NCBI GenBank assembly: GCA_016618085.1
Contig: JABLTG010000040.1
Coordinates: 1-64,000 of the forward strand
Length of the DNA: 64,000 nucleotides
Direction of reading: 5' to 3'
Source: Neovahlkampfia damariscottae
Taxonomy: Eukaryota
The position numbers and the translations under genes were made by a program. How positions within the stretch are numbered: the stretch's first letter is position 1; every line of letters begins with the position of its first letter. The notes under the pieces were generated by a model, which was not told the DNA's origin, did not search any database, and saw only the letters and a list, made by a program, of their open reading frames with translations. Positions 10,412 to 23,300 of the stretch are shown here, piece after piece.

Positions 10412-12310
10412 TCATAAATTACTCTTTATTTTATTGAAATAATTTTCATAAATATTTCCATCAAATTTACCAAATTCAGATTTTATTATAAAATCAGGTA
10501 AATCAAAAGCATCAACCAAAACAACAACATCATTTTTTAATTCATTACAAATCAAAAAAATCAAATTCAAAATCTCATCAACTTGATTTGGTTTTAAAAT
10601 CTTAAATTGTAAAAACAATGCTCTTTCAATATAAAGATTATATAACGAGTACAAAAATATTAATTTTGAAAAAGTTGATTTCAATTTTAATGATATATTG
10701 ATAATTGAATTATTTACTAATTTCAAAATAAAAAATAATGAATTAATCTTTGAGCATTCAATAATATCAACTAAATTATTATTCCAAGACTCTTTTAAAC
10801 TTTTTTCTTTTTTTAAATTCATTCCAATATTCTTCAATAATAAAGAAGACAAATAAGAAAATGAGTTCATAATTGAAAATCTATCAAAATTTTTCAATTC
10901 AACATTTGACTGTTTTGTTGTCAAATATTCAAATTCCGATCCTCTTTTTGGTTTTAAAAGATAACTTAATAATATTTTGACATGTTGTTGTGCCATTACA
11001 ACATTATCTCCTCCACCTGTTGTTGCAACACCAAAATCTTCAATTAAAGTAGAAATACCAGTATAAGCACTGTATGCATGTCCACCCATTGATCTTCTAC
11101 AAGTTTCTAAAATTTCAGTTCCTGACCAAGTAATCCAACATTTAAGTCCTGATGAAATTGCATGAAAATCTTTTAATTTGGTAACAAACTCTATTTGTGT
11201 TTCTGGATTAAATTGTAATTCTTGTGCATTCTCCCATTGCTTTGTGATTTCTTTTGCCACTAAAATATTTGAATAAACCATTGATAATGCATTGATTAAA
11301 CGAAATTGTTGTGATTGAAAATCAATGATTTTTTGTCCATTTTGATTTCTACAGAAACTGTATCTGACAGCAATTGTTAATGCCTGTGAAGTAGTATAAT
11401 AAGTTAAATTTAAAAACATAATTCTTTCTGAAATTAATGTTAAATAACTCAATGCCATATTTTTTGGTGAAATAAATTCACCTGTTTTTTTGACACAAGC
11501 CCATTTCATCAACATGTTCTCTCTTGGAATTCTTACATGAGTAAATTGAATATAACCTGAATCTAAACCATGTCTTCCTGATTTTGACCCAACACTACCA
11601 GCAGAAATACCAGGATTTAACTTTCCTGTATTTTGTGACCTTAATGGAACTAAAAACCAATATAATCCTTTTTTCTCTTTTTTTATGATTAAATTACATA
11701 ATACTACTGAATGAGTAGCTGTATTTCCAGCCATTCCAATCCAAAATTTCGTCGAAGTTAATGTAGGTGAATCTATAATGAATTCATCATTTTCTTCGTC
11801 AAAAGTTGCAGTAGTTTCTGAACCCCTCAAATAACTTGAAGTTCCTAATTCTGTCATGGCAAAGCAACCTATATTTTTATGATAAAAATTTAATCTTTTT
11901 TTTTTTATACCAATTATTTTCATAGTTTCAATGTCATCTTTGTATTTATTCCATTGTTCTTGTGTTCCTTGTTCTTTTATAGTGGCTTTAAATAATCCAA
12001 AATGTACACCAATTCTCATGGAAAAAGAACGATCATACTGTGCCATAGCCATATCAAAACCTTTTAATAAAAGTGGATCTTTGATTGAATTACGAACTTT
12101 TACAGCTCTTCTAATTTGTGTCATTGTTTTTTCCAGTGCTTCATCTTTATTCATTTCAAAAGGATTTTTTAAAATTAAATAAGGGTCTCTTTCTATTAAT
12201 TGATAAGCACTCTGTTTTGCTTTAGTCCATTTTGGGTCTGAATCAATAAAATTAATTACATCTTTAGCTTCTATAGTTGAGTTTTCTCTTTCTTGTTGGA
12301 GTGGATTCAT
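10412..12310 (-). CDS. Peroxisomal acyl-CoA oxidase
   Basis: VHFGLF, GCFAMTELG, ETTATFD...FIIDSPT...KFWIG, CRRSMGGHAYS, GDNVVM; C-terminal SNL (PTS1-like). Confidence 0.9.
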   Translation of the reverse strand: MNPLQQERENSTIEAKDVINFIDSDPKWTKAKQSAYQLIERDPYLILKNPFEMNKDEALEKTMTQIRRAVKVRNSIKDPLLLKGFDMAMAQYDRSFSMRIGVHFGLFKATIKEQGTQEQWNKYKDDIETMKIIGIKKKRLNFYHKNIGCFAMTELGTSSYLRGSETTATFDEENDEFIIDSPTLTSTKFWIGMAGNTATHSVVLCNLIIKKEKKGLYWFLVPLRSQNTGKLNPGISAGSVGSKSGRHGLDSGYIQFTHVRIPRENMLMKWACVKKTGEFISPKNMALSYLTLISERIMFLNLTYYTTSQALTIAVRYSFCRNQNGQKIIDFQSQQFRLINALSMVYSNILVAKEITKQWENAQELQFNPETQIEFVTKLKDFHAISSGLKCWITWSGTEILETCRRSMGGHAYSAYTGISTLIEDFGVATTGGGDNVVMAQQHVKILLSYLLKPKRGSEFEYLTTKQSNVELKNFDRFSIMNSFSYLSSLLLKNIGMNLKKEKSLKESWNNNLVDIIECSKINSLFFILKLVNNSIINISLKLKSTFSKLIFLYSLYNLYIERALFLQFKILKPNQVDEILNLIFLICNELKNDVVVLVDAFDLPDFIIKSEFGKFDGNIYENYFNKIKSNL

Positions 12311-12384
12311 CTGTGAACAAACCAACCAATAATAATTTAAAAAAAATTTTTATTTGATAATTACACTCTTCAAAATTTATAAAA

Positions 12385-13414
12385 TTATTTTGGGGATTCA
12401 TCTTTATTTTCATCATCCGAATCACCAAATAAAGAGATTGGAGGTTCTTCTTTCTCAACTTCTTTTATTGTAAAACCAGAATTCGAAAGAGACAAAAAGT
12501 CATCATCTATTAATGGATTATTCAGATCTGAAGCAAGAGAAAAACTAATTGGATTTTCATATTTCTTTTTATCCTCCATTTCTTTTTCTAAATAAAAATT
12601 AATTTTTTTTTTTTTTTTTACTCATTTTCTCTTTTTGATGATTCCATTCTTCTTCTTGATCCTTCCATAGTAAAACATCAGCAAATAATAATTCTTCAGT
12701 TTGTTGACTTTGAGCCTCTCTTTGTATTAATTTATGATAGAGGTTGTTTAATTTTGAAGTTCTTGAAATAAATTGATCAGAAACATTATTTACTTTCTCT
12801 TTCCCTTTTAAAAAAATATTTTAAAAAAAAAATAAAATTCAAACATTGTTCGTCTTCTTGTGGAGTTGAACTTTTTGAATTAAATACATGATAAACATAT
12901 AAACGATTTTGCATATCTTCATTATTTTTAAAAGGTGATTTATAATCTGGATATAATGCTTTTTGTTTATCTGTTTGTTCTGCCAACAGAGCTCTTGAAA
13001 GAAGATAAAAAAAATAAAAAAATGAGTATACCTGGTGTTTGGGTCTTTTGGCCGAGTCATTTGTATGTTCACTGGATTTCTTTGTTGATAAGGTGACCAT
13101 GCTTGATGTTTTGAAGGCATAGGTTGAACGTTCATCGGATAATTTTGGTACGGCATATTTGGGTTTCTTTGAAAATTTAAATTATTCATTGGTGGTTGAT
13201 TCATAGGTTTTTGTTGAGTTTGTTGCTGTGGTGGTGGCGTTTGTCTATTATTTTTGTTCAAATAAGGATACCTTTGAAACTGAGGTGAAGGGCTCTGTTG
13301 ATAAGAATTTGGTATTTGAGTTGGAAATCCATTATAAAAATACTGTGGTGTAATTTTTGGCTGATTCTGTTGGTTCTTTTTATACAGATCTGGATTTATA
13401 TTTTGTTGTGACAT
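12385..13414 (-). CDS. GLTSCR1/BICRA-domain protein with Q/P/N-rich N-terminus
   Basis: DKQKALYPDYKSPFKNNEDMQNRLYVYHVF resembles the GLTSCR1 motif PDY..PF....DA..RL..YHV; multi-exon. Confidence 0.6.
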
Positions 13415-13656
13415 GAATTTTTTTCGTAACTGACCAAATTCGACGTTTATTGGTGGAAACTAATCAAGATTTTTATGTTTTTTTATTTCTTTCTATTGTT
13501 CTTATTATTCATTGAAAACAGTTGAACTGTGCAGTTTGGGCTCAAAATGAGTTTTGGATGTTCGAAAAAATGAATCTTTATTGTGATTGGTCCATGTAGA
13601 TACTTTTTTTGATTGGTTTTAAAAATTCCGCATTTATTTTTAGATTAAATTTTCTT

Positions 13657-15570
13657 TCATTTATTAATGTAGACAGAATATCTGTATTGAGAATTTGCAT
13701 AGAATTCAATTCCAATATTATTCTCATCTAAAAATTCAACGGTTTTCGCGCCAAGTGATTTCATGTGTTCTTCAATCATCGATTTCTTTACATACATTTG
13801 AAATGGATCAAATTTTGAAAATTTCTTTTATCCTTTATGTGATTTTGATCTCATTATTTTTGCCAATTCCTTTTTATCATGATCATTTACATCACCAATA
13901 AAAATTGTGCCACCTTTTTTGCAAACTCTATAAAGTTCTGTTAAAAACTTTTTGATATCCAATTCTGAATTTAAATAATGTGAAACTGAAAAAGCAAAAA
14001 CATTATCAAATGTTTCATCTAAAAAAAAATCGACATTTCTCATATCACCAACAAAAAATGTTCCTTCAGGGAAATTCCTTTTTGCAATCATTGCCAGGTT
14101 TTGAATAATCAAAACCAAAAGGTCTTTTTATTTGTGGAAAAACTTTTTTAAAGCTTTTAAAAATGCACCACTACCAACACCGAATTCTAATACTTTAGCC
14201 TTTGGTTTGACTTCAATTTTCTCAACTAATTTCCTAATCATTGTATTGTATTGTTTCTTTGTGATGATATCAAAACCACTTGAATTATGCAAAGAATCGT
14301 CTATTTGAGAAGCTCCTTTTTTTCCCAAATTTTCTTCCATTGATCAGAATTTGTTTTAGGATCATCTATTGTTTCTTTGGTTGAAAAAATATAAGCACCA
14401 ATAACAATAAAACAAATTAAAGTGAAATACAAAATAATTTGCAACGAAAATTTTGACATTTCATATTCTGTATTATAAATAAAAATAGCAGCAATAACAA
14501 TTAAAGCAGCAATAAAAAATGAGATACTTATGTTCTTTCCGAATAATAAAGCACTTACAATAGCAACTACAATCATTTCAGTTGCTGTTGCATAACTTTT
14601 GGTTACTGAACTTAAATATTTTAAGATATAACTTGTAACTACACCAGCAAGACACCAATTGAATACAATCAACATTGAAAGAGGATTTGAAAGAATAATT
14701 GAAAAACTTTCAAATAAACTAGTTCCTGTGGTTGTTGATTCAAATTTAAAAACATAAATGGATAAAAACAAAAATATTGAATTCAAGATAACACCATAAA
14801 CATACAACCAAAAATTTTGAAGATTTAAAGCAACTTCCTTTTGTGTTTTTAAGATGTATTCATTTGAAACTGATCCAATACTTGATAAAAATGATTGAAA
14901 TAAAATGATGAAATGAAACCATTTGAGACCTTTTCCGTTTGTAAATTGTGATAATTCAACAAAAGAACAACCAAAAGTCCTAAAAAGAAAGTTAAAAAAT
15001 TAGTTTCTTTTACAATAATAAAAGAGATACCCATTTTTGAAAATTGATATTTTTTTTTAGAATTGAAACTGAAAGAAGGGCAATAATTACAATCCTTGAA
15101 TTCATCAAAACTTTATAAACACCAGGTCCAAAGTAACTGACATTGAAGAATAAAATATTATTGTACATTGAATAAATCAAAGCTGGTATAAAAAGACGTA
15201 TTGCCGTTTTTGAGCTGGCTTTTATACTTTTTATGAACAATTCAAATATATTTTCTGAGCCTTCTTTCCAGATTGAATAAAAGTGTAAACTAATAGAAAA
15301 AATAGCTTTGAAAAATTCAACGATAATCACAACTGAAAATGTACTGTATCCAAATTTTCCATTTGATTTTGAGCTTGCTTGTATTAATATTGATTGAGCT
15401 AAAAAGAATTAAAGTTTGTTTCAAGAATGATTACATGAAAACAGTACAACATACACCACAACTGCAAAAGTTGTCATAAACATCGTTGGTTGGGAATTAT
15501 TTAGCAGTTTTTCTTCTGATTTATCTTGGATGTCGATTACTTCTTCGATGTGTTTCTCTTCCTTTGACAT
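13657..15570 (-). CDS. Nucleotide-sugar transporter (SLC35A-like), probably fused to a class I SAM-dependent methyltransferase
   Basis: Transporter: VEFFKAIFS, FIPALIYSMYNNILF, YKVLMNSRI, QNFWLYVYG, GVVTSYILKYLSSVTKSYAT. Methyltransferase: VLEFGVGSGAFL, FFVGDM, FDNVFAFSVSHYL, LYRVCKKGGTIFIGDV. Joined by a 1-nt shift in an A-run (14317-14323). Confidence 0.65.
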
Positions 15571-15719
15571 AAACAATTTGAATCGAAATGATTGGATAAA
15601 AAGAAATTAGTTTTTACTTGGTTCTGTGAAGGTTTAAGGAAAATGTTTCAAGAACTGAGAAAAATGGATTTAAAAATCTAAAATTGTCCAATGGGGTAAT
15701 TATTCCATTAATCTGAGAT

Positions 15720-16229
15720 ATGGGTTTGTTCGCCAAATTGTTGACAGTTCCTGTGGTTTTAGCAGCTACTACTTTCTATTACACAAGAGGAGTGGAAGAA
15801 ATTGACATCAAACAAGGTTCTTTGATTGATATCACTGGTAATCATCCATACAAAGACAGTTTCAGAATTCAAATGAATAAGAAAATAGAGGTCAAGAATT
15901 TTACAACGAAATTTTTTGAAACAAATGTATTTCAACCTGAAAAGATTGTTTTATCACTATTTTTGGACGGAAAATCGAAATCTTCAAATTTTGAAGTTGG
16001 TTCAAAAAATTTAATCTGGACCGTGTTGTCAAAAAATGAAAATGAAATTTTAATGAAATGGAGCAGAGACAAATATGAAGGAAATTCATATTATTCAGTT
16101 GATGAAAACAATGGTTTGGTGTTTGGATCAACAATTAATTTCAAGGCTGATGGTATTGCAGGTTTTTTACATAAAACTTATGCAAGAATTCTATTAAAAG
16201 GTGCGTATAATTTATTAAATAAAGAATAA
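15720..16229 (+). CDS. Hypothetical protein with N-terminal hydrophobic/targeting segment
   Basis: Single-exon 169-aa ORF with normal composition and CCAAT upstream; no family confidently recognised. Confidence 0.6.
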   Translation: MGLFAKLLTVPVVLAATTFYYTRGVEEIDIKQGSLIDITGNHPYKDSFRIQMNKKIEVKNFTTKFFETNVFQPEKIVLSLFLDGKSKSSNFEVGSKNLIWTVLSKNENEILMKWSRDKYEGNSYYSVDENNGLVFGSTINFKADGIAGFLHKTYARILLKGAYNLLNKE

Positions 16230-16292
16230 TGAATATTATGAAAATAACTGTTTTTTTTTCCACCAATCAAATCATCTTCTGTTTCAAAAAGA

Positions 16293-17902
16293 ATGGACCC
16301 AACAGAAGAGACAAACGGAAAGGATCATCCATTTCATTTGCCATCAGAACAATCTCTGTTTGAACACGTAGAAGTAGACATTCCTGCTTTTGATATTCCT
16401 TCACTATCCACAACAACTCATCAAACACAAATATTACAAACACCTGAAGGAGAACAAAATAAATATACTCTCAGTAAACCTGTTGACAAATGGTCAAAAG
16501 AAGAACATGAAAGATTCTTAGGTAAAAAAAAAAAAAATTGAAATAAAATATTTTCAGAGGCTTTAAAAGTAAATAAAGACTGGAATAAAATTCAAGAAGC
16601 TGTAAAAACAAAAACTACTGTACAAGTAAGAAATAAAACAATAAATAACATCAAAATAAGATTCGTAGTCATGCACATAAATACTTTTCAAAAATGAAAT
16701 TAAAAACAACTGTAAATCCATCAACTTTACAAAAAAAACCAATTGGTCAACAAATTCCAAAAAGTGTACCATTTCAAACACAACCAAATCCTCAAACTTT
16801 GAATGTTACAAGTCAAAATATTCAACAACCTACCCAACAAGTTACTCAACAATCAACGAGTCAACAAAGTAGTCAACATTTACAGCCACAAATTACTAAT
16901 CAACAAACACAATCAACTCAGCAGAGTACTCAAAACCAATCTCAAACACAACAACAACAACAACAACAACCAATATTACAACAACAAAAACAAGAAGAAA
17001 TATTAGAAATTGATAGTTCATCAAATTCAACGAATGATGTTGTGAATAATTTAAATTCATTACTGGGACCACCTGAAGCATTAGCATATTCATATTTAAC
17101 AAATCCAATTCAATTGAATCACTGGTTAGCTAATGGTCTTGTTGGAATGGGAGGATTAATAACAATACCACATGTAAATCTTGAAGCAGGAGAAGAAATT
17201 GTAAAATCTTTAGAAGAACAAATTAGAGTTGGAAAAGTACCAACATTACAAGGAGATGATGATAAAACTAGATTACCAAATTTCAAAAGAATTTATGCTT
17301 ATTTAGGAACTTTATTTAATCCAACAACCACTAATCATTCAGAATACTATAGAAATTTAGGAAATCAAGATAAAGAATGTTTAAAAGTTTTAATGCATAA
17401 TTTATCAATTATACTTTCATCACAACAATTTCAAGATGATTATCAAATTCATATTCATAATGAACTTCAAAAGATGTCTTATTCAACACCACCTCCACCA
17501 CCACCACCTCAGTATCAACAACCAATTTCAAAGAAATCAATTTATGTTCAAAATTATTATCCACAAACACCACAACAAAATCAAGTTGTTTATCCACAAT
17601 ATTTAGTTCCACAAACTCAATCAACTTCAACATCAAATCAAAATATTAATTCAAGAAATCAACAGTTACAAGGAAATCAACAAATGATTTATCAAAATCA
17701 ACAAAATAATCAATTTCAACCAATGTATGTTCAATCACATCAAGGAATGGATGGTGAACAAAAAAAAGAAAATGGTTTAAGAGATTTTTCAAGTTCAGTT
17801 AGATTATATGGTAAAAATGCATTACCTGTTGAATTTGATGGTGATAATGATGAAACTGAAGATGAATATGATGAAGATGATGATGATGATGAATTTGAAT
17901 AA
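16293..17902 (+). CDS. SHAQKYF-class MYB transcription factor with REVEILLE(LCL)-like C-terminal domain
   Basis: KWSKEEHERFL-EAL...DWNKIQEAVKTKTTVQ-IRSHAHKYF; Q-rich linker; PNFKRIYAYLGTLFNP...DKECLKVLMHNLSIILSSQQF. Confidence 0.8.
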
Positions 17903-17915
17903 ATAACAACCTTTT

Positions 17916-18523
17916 TTATTTTTCAATAAAATTTGAATCTATCACATCTTCATTTCCACTTTTTAATAGGTCAAATTCAAAAGTAAAATTTGGTTGTTTC
18001 TTTGGTGTATATTTATAAATTTCAATAGTTTGAAATTCAATCTTTCCCAGTTTTATTTCTTCTGCTAAAATTTGAACTTTTAAATTTGATTCAAATTCAG
18101 AATTGACTAAAATTGAAAATTTAATCAATTTTTTCGTTATATCTTTCTCTTGCTTTGTATAAATATAAACTTCTTCCTCTTTTTAAAATATTTAAATCAT
18201 AATTTTCAAAAAGTACCTAATGGCGGTATAATCGGTTCTCGAAGTTCACCAAAATAATTCTCAAAATCTTTTGATTCAGCTAGTATTTTTGTTAAATCAA
18301 ATAGAACTAAATCTGTCAATTCTCCTTCATTTACTATTTTTTTTCTTACAGCGCTAACTACAACTTTTGATGCTGCCTTACCAAGTGCTTCTTTTGCATA
18401 ATCTTTCACTTTTTCTTTTAATTTTGAAAAGAAAAACCTCCTTTGTATCAAAAATGGAGGCAAAGTTTTTTTTTGAAGTAGTGAAGATTGAAGTCGTGAA
18501 AACTTCTGCAAATTTCTAAACAT
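17916..18523 (-). CDS. Hypothetical protein with mitochondrial-presequence-like N-terminus
   Basis: MFRNLQKFSRLQSSLL...IQRRFFFS, Arg/Ser/Leu-rich and acid-free; two exons. Confidence 0.55.
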
Positions 18524-18618
18524 TTGATTGGTGGGAAATTGAAAAATAAATCATCACCTTTTATTGAATTGAGAATCCAGATACAACAAATTTATTTTCA
18601 AACAAAATTATAAAATTA

Positions 18619-20097
18619 TTACAGTGAAGATTGTGAATCTTCTTCATCTTCCAATTCATCTTTTCCTGATTTGATTACAGTGTACTGAAATTTTCCATTT
18701 CTCAATTGAAAATTTTGAAATGTCTTTAAAAAATTTGATTGTTCATTTTTCAAAATATTTGAAGTATTCAATCTTTTATAAAATGGAATTTTTTCTTGAA
18801 CTAAAGTATTAAATGATAATTCATCTTTGAACAAAGACTTAATTTTTTGTTGATTATCTCTTGTTTCAAAAAAAGTTTGTTTAATCAAAGGAGCTCTAAT
18901 CTGTTTAAAAGATTGTTTTGTTTGATGTTTATTTTTAAAACAATAACCCATTGATCCAATATCATATCCATATTTTGATAAATGTTCTTCATAATTATCA
19001 AACTTTGAAAAATACAAATCTGATTCTGAAAAATCATCAAAGAAATTTGATACATCATCAATATCATCACAAAATGTTAATGAATTATGATGAACATAAG
19101 AAATAAGAATATCTTCTTTTGTATGAACAGTATTAATTATATTTCTTTTTTCTAATTTTCCAGTTGTATCTCTTTTTGCGTAAAGAATTCTTGCTGCTCC
19201 GTGATGTATATTCACATAATTATCTTTTTCGTCTAATTTCTTTTTTTTATGTCCAAAACAATATAAATTGGTTTGATTTATTGCACAACGCATATCACCA
19301 TTTGATTTTTCAGCAATTTCTTCAATTGCAGAATCTGACCATTTTAATGAAAAATTTTCTTTTTTTTCTTCTTGTAATATTTTTGTCAATCTTTTTGTTA
19401 TCATATTTGTTGTGAATGGTTTTAATCTTTAAAAATTAAAGGTTCATTTATTTTTACTCTATGGTTGGAATTTTTGTTGATTGTATTAAGTCTTTTGGTA
19501 ATTCTCTATATAAAGATGATTCTAAAGTTGGAGAGTTATAAATTGTATGTAGTATTATTATTGGAATTCTTGATGTTTTTATAATTGAAAGTATTAAATT
19601 ATTCCTTTCTTGATGTTTTTCTTTTGATACAACTGGTAAACTTTTAATAACAACAACATCTTTTTTTTGAACATTCTGATTTGAAATTATACTCAATGAT
19701 TTATATTTTGTACTTTTTATCAAAAAGGATTTAAAATCTTCATATTTTGAACTTTCACAAAATTTTAGGTTAACTTTATTTTCTTCAGCCAAAGCTTCAA
19801 AAAAAAAAAAAAGTTTAAAAATTTCGTTTTTTACCTTGTATTAATGTCTAAGGAAATAAATTTAAATGATTGATGTATTATGTATACTGTTTTTCCGCAT
19901 CCTGAATGACCAGCTGAATTGGGAATTTAATAGTTAATTATTTTCAAACCTAAAATCATACAGGAATCATTTTTCAAAATATCCTTGAAGGCTTCAGATA
20001 CAAGGTTCACTTTTTTCTTTGTTATCGATAATTCATTTATTTTTAATTTATATTTTAAAGTCCAGTCACAATTGTTCTGTTCTCGTTTTCTCTTCAT
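18619..20097 (-). CDS. RAD17: Checkpoint clamp loader Rad17/Rad24 homolog
   Basis: WTLKYK...ELSITKKKV, Walker A GHSGCGKT, IAEKSNGDMRCAIN, KDNYVNIHHGAARILYAKR; multi-exon. Confidence 0.75.
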
Positions 20098-20303
20098 TAA
20101 AAAATTTAGTTTGTCCAATGAATGTGAAGAAAATTTATTGTTGGCTGATTGAGGTCACTTTTAATTTGACAAAAAAATCGAAAATTCAAAGAAAATACAA
20201 GAGTTTCTATCAATTGTTCAAACTTCTAAAATAAGGTGTGCAACGTTGTCCAATCATTTTCATCTAAATTTTTTTGACAAGTTTGACTCAACTGCAAACT
20301 CAA

Positions 20304-23300
20304 ATGGACGTCTTTTCTCCAGATACGATTTCAATTAACATTTCAGAAATAAACCCAAACGAAACACAAAATAATCAAATCAAGGTTACTTTGACAGAAG
20401 ACGAAAACAAAATCAAGTTAAATTTTGACCAAAACGAAGTGGAACAATTACAAAATCCAAAGATTCAAAACTTACAAACCAGTGAAAAAACACCAAATTT
20501 AACACCTTACTCGATGACACCAAACGACTCTCCTTCTCAATCACCTTCAACTTCACCGAATCCTTCTCCAACCGCTTCTCCAAACGTTATGTCAAAAACA
20601 AAAAAATCATCAAGCTCAGGAAAGGTTATGAATTTTTCAATTGATAAAGAAGCGATTAAACCAGCTTTGGAAGAAATTTTAAACAACAAAAAACGTTGGT
20701 ATATTTTGCACTACGACGACGAAGGAAAAGTTTATTTAGGTGAGTCAGGAGAAACAGATGATTTGGATTCTTACAAAGATAGACTTCAAGACAATTCTGT
20801 TTCTTACGTAATTTTAAAAAAAAGTATTCCAAATGAAAACGTTGATAAAACTCTATTCATTTTTTGGGCTCATTGGTAAAATAAACTATATTATTATTAA
20901 CAAAAAAAAGGGGCACAAAAATTAAAGTTGTTCAAAGAGGAAAATTTACCCATCACAAGCAACAAGTTTATGATTTTTGTCAACAAAGCCTTCAATTATG
21001 CGGTGAATTTCAACCTTTAAATAGAGATGATTTGAATGAAGAAAAAGTTCTTTCAAAAGTTAGAGCACAACAAGGAAAATTGTCAACTGAAAAACCAAAA
21101 ATTTTAAAATCAAGAAGTGCTTCAATGTTTGTTATGAGTGGATCAAATAATTCATCACCTTCAAGAAGTCCTTCAAGAAGCCCTTTATTAGAAAGAAAAA
21201 TGACATTTGGATTATCAGATAAAAGTTTAGTAAAAGGACAAGGAACAGTTTCAATTGATGATGAAGAAAAAGCAGTTGCATTATTTTTAGAACTTAGAGA
21301 TTTTTCAAATGAACTTGATTGGATTAAACTTGGATATGAAGGAAAAAATAAAAAAGTTCTTCAAATACTTGATTCTGGAAAAAATGGATTAGAAGAAATT
21401 TCAACTAAAACTGATGAAAAAGAAATTTGTTACTTTTTATTAAAAGGATTTGTTTCAAGTACAAAACAAGGTGTTTCTTCACAAGATAAATATGCATTAA
21501 TCACATGGATGGGAAAGAAATTAAAAGCTTCTCAAAGAATTGGAGGATCACATGGAGCAATGTTAAAAACAACAATTTCTGGTATTTTACATATTACTGT
21601 TGAATTGACAATTGATACAATTCAAGATTTAAATAATGAACATATTTTTGGTAAAGAATCTTTAAAAAAACAAGAAGGTGTTAAATTATTATCACAACAA
21701 CCTGCAACACAAAAAAAGAGATCAGGAACACTCATGAAAACTGAATTCAAAATTCATGAATCTGACAATGTAAAACAAGAATTATCACAATTTAAAGATG
21801 AAGAAAATAAATTAACTTGGTTATTATTTTCGGATGAAGACCATGATTGCAAATTAATTAAAAAAGGTGAAAAGGATATCAAAGAATTTGAAGATTTATT
21901 ACTTGAAGATAAAGTATATTATGTACTTTATAAGTTGATTATTGAAGGAACACCAAAAGTTATTTTGATATCATGGATTCCTGAAAAAGCATCAAGTTTT
22001 GCAAAAGTTACATCTGCTTCAAATAGAAATTTATTGTCTCAATTTGTTTTGAAAGAAATGACATTAGCTGGAGAATATCAAGCAACTAATAAAGCAGAAT
22101 TAACTGAAGAATTAATTAAATCAAAAGTTATTGGTTCATCTGGTAAAGAAATTGATGCAGATAGTTTGTCACCAAGAACAAAATTAAAATTAAAACTTGG
22201 TATTGAACCACTTGATTCATTTGAAGAAAAAAGAAAATTAAGATTAAAATCAAGAAGTTTTATTAATCAATCACCAACTGGATCACCATCTGGAACTCCT
22301 TCTGGATCACCTAAAATTTCACCAAGAAGAAAAGCTTTATTAAGTGGTGTTATTTCACCAAGAAAATTATTCATCAAAAAAAGTGATTTTAGTCAAATTC
22401 AAGATGATTTAAAATTAGTAGATCCTGAAACAACTATTAAAGAATTAAAAAATTTGAATAATGATAAATCAGAAGAACCAAAAGATTTCATTCTTTTTGG
22501 ATATAAAGATAGAGAAAATTTAGATATTCTAGCAATAGGAAATAATGGAATTGAAGGAATGAAACCATTTCTTGATGAAAAAGAGGTTAGATATGCAGTT
22601 TATAAAACAATTGGATCTTCAAGTTATGGAGGAAGTTTAAAAATTGTTTTGTTAACATTTGTTGGAACAAAAGCTGGTATATTTCATAAAGGAAAATCAT
22701 CATCAACAAGACAATTATTATTCGCATTTTCAAATACTTTTATGTCATTGGTTGGTGAATATTATTTTACAACTGTTGAAGAATTAGATGATGAAAAAAT
22801 TTTACAAAAATTAAATGCATCAGTTTCAGATTTAAAAACAACAAAAACTGAAGGTTCACCAATAAAAAAATTTGGTGGACAAGATTTTTCATTAAATTAT
22901 GGAGAACCTGAAGAAATGAATGCAGCATTTGAACAATTAGCTGCTCCAAAATCAGAATTAAAATGGTTAATTTTTGAATATGAAAATGATGAATATACAT
23001 CAGTTAAAGTGGTTCAAAAAGGATCTGGTGGTGTGAAAGCAATTAAACCACATTTATCACAAGAAAAAGTCAGTTATATTTTAATGAGAATTTCATTCAT
23101 GGAATATTATGATATCGCAAAAGCAATTTTAATTACAGTTGTTGGAAATGAATGTCCACATTTTTTAAAAGCTTTAAGTTCTGGACATAGACAATTATTA
23201 TACAATTTTGCGAAAACTAAAATTTCAGTTGCAGGTGAATATCAACCTGATTCATTGGATAATTTTACAGATCAAGATTTATCTGCTAAATTAACAGGAA

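Noticed and set aside
13440..13640. Short hairpins in the spacer between the GLTSCR1-like gene and the methyltransferase
   Set aside because: Stems are short and AT-rich, with no snoRNA or snRNA boxes recognisable.
16800..17720. CAA microsatellite-like tracts and overlapping Asn/Val-rich ORFs
   Set aside because: They are poly-Gln linker codons of the MYB protein; the other frames are shadows.
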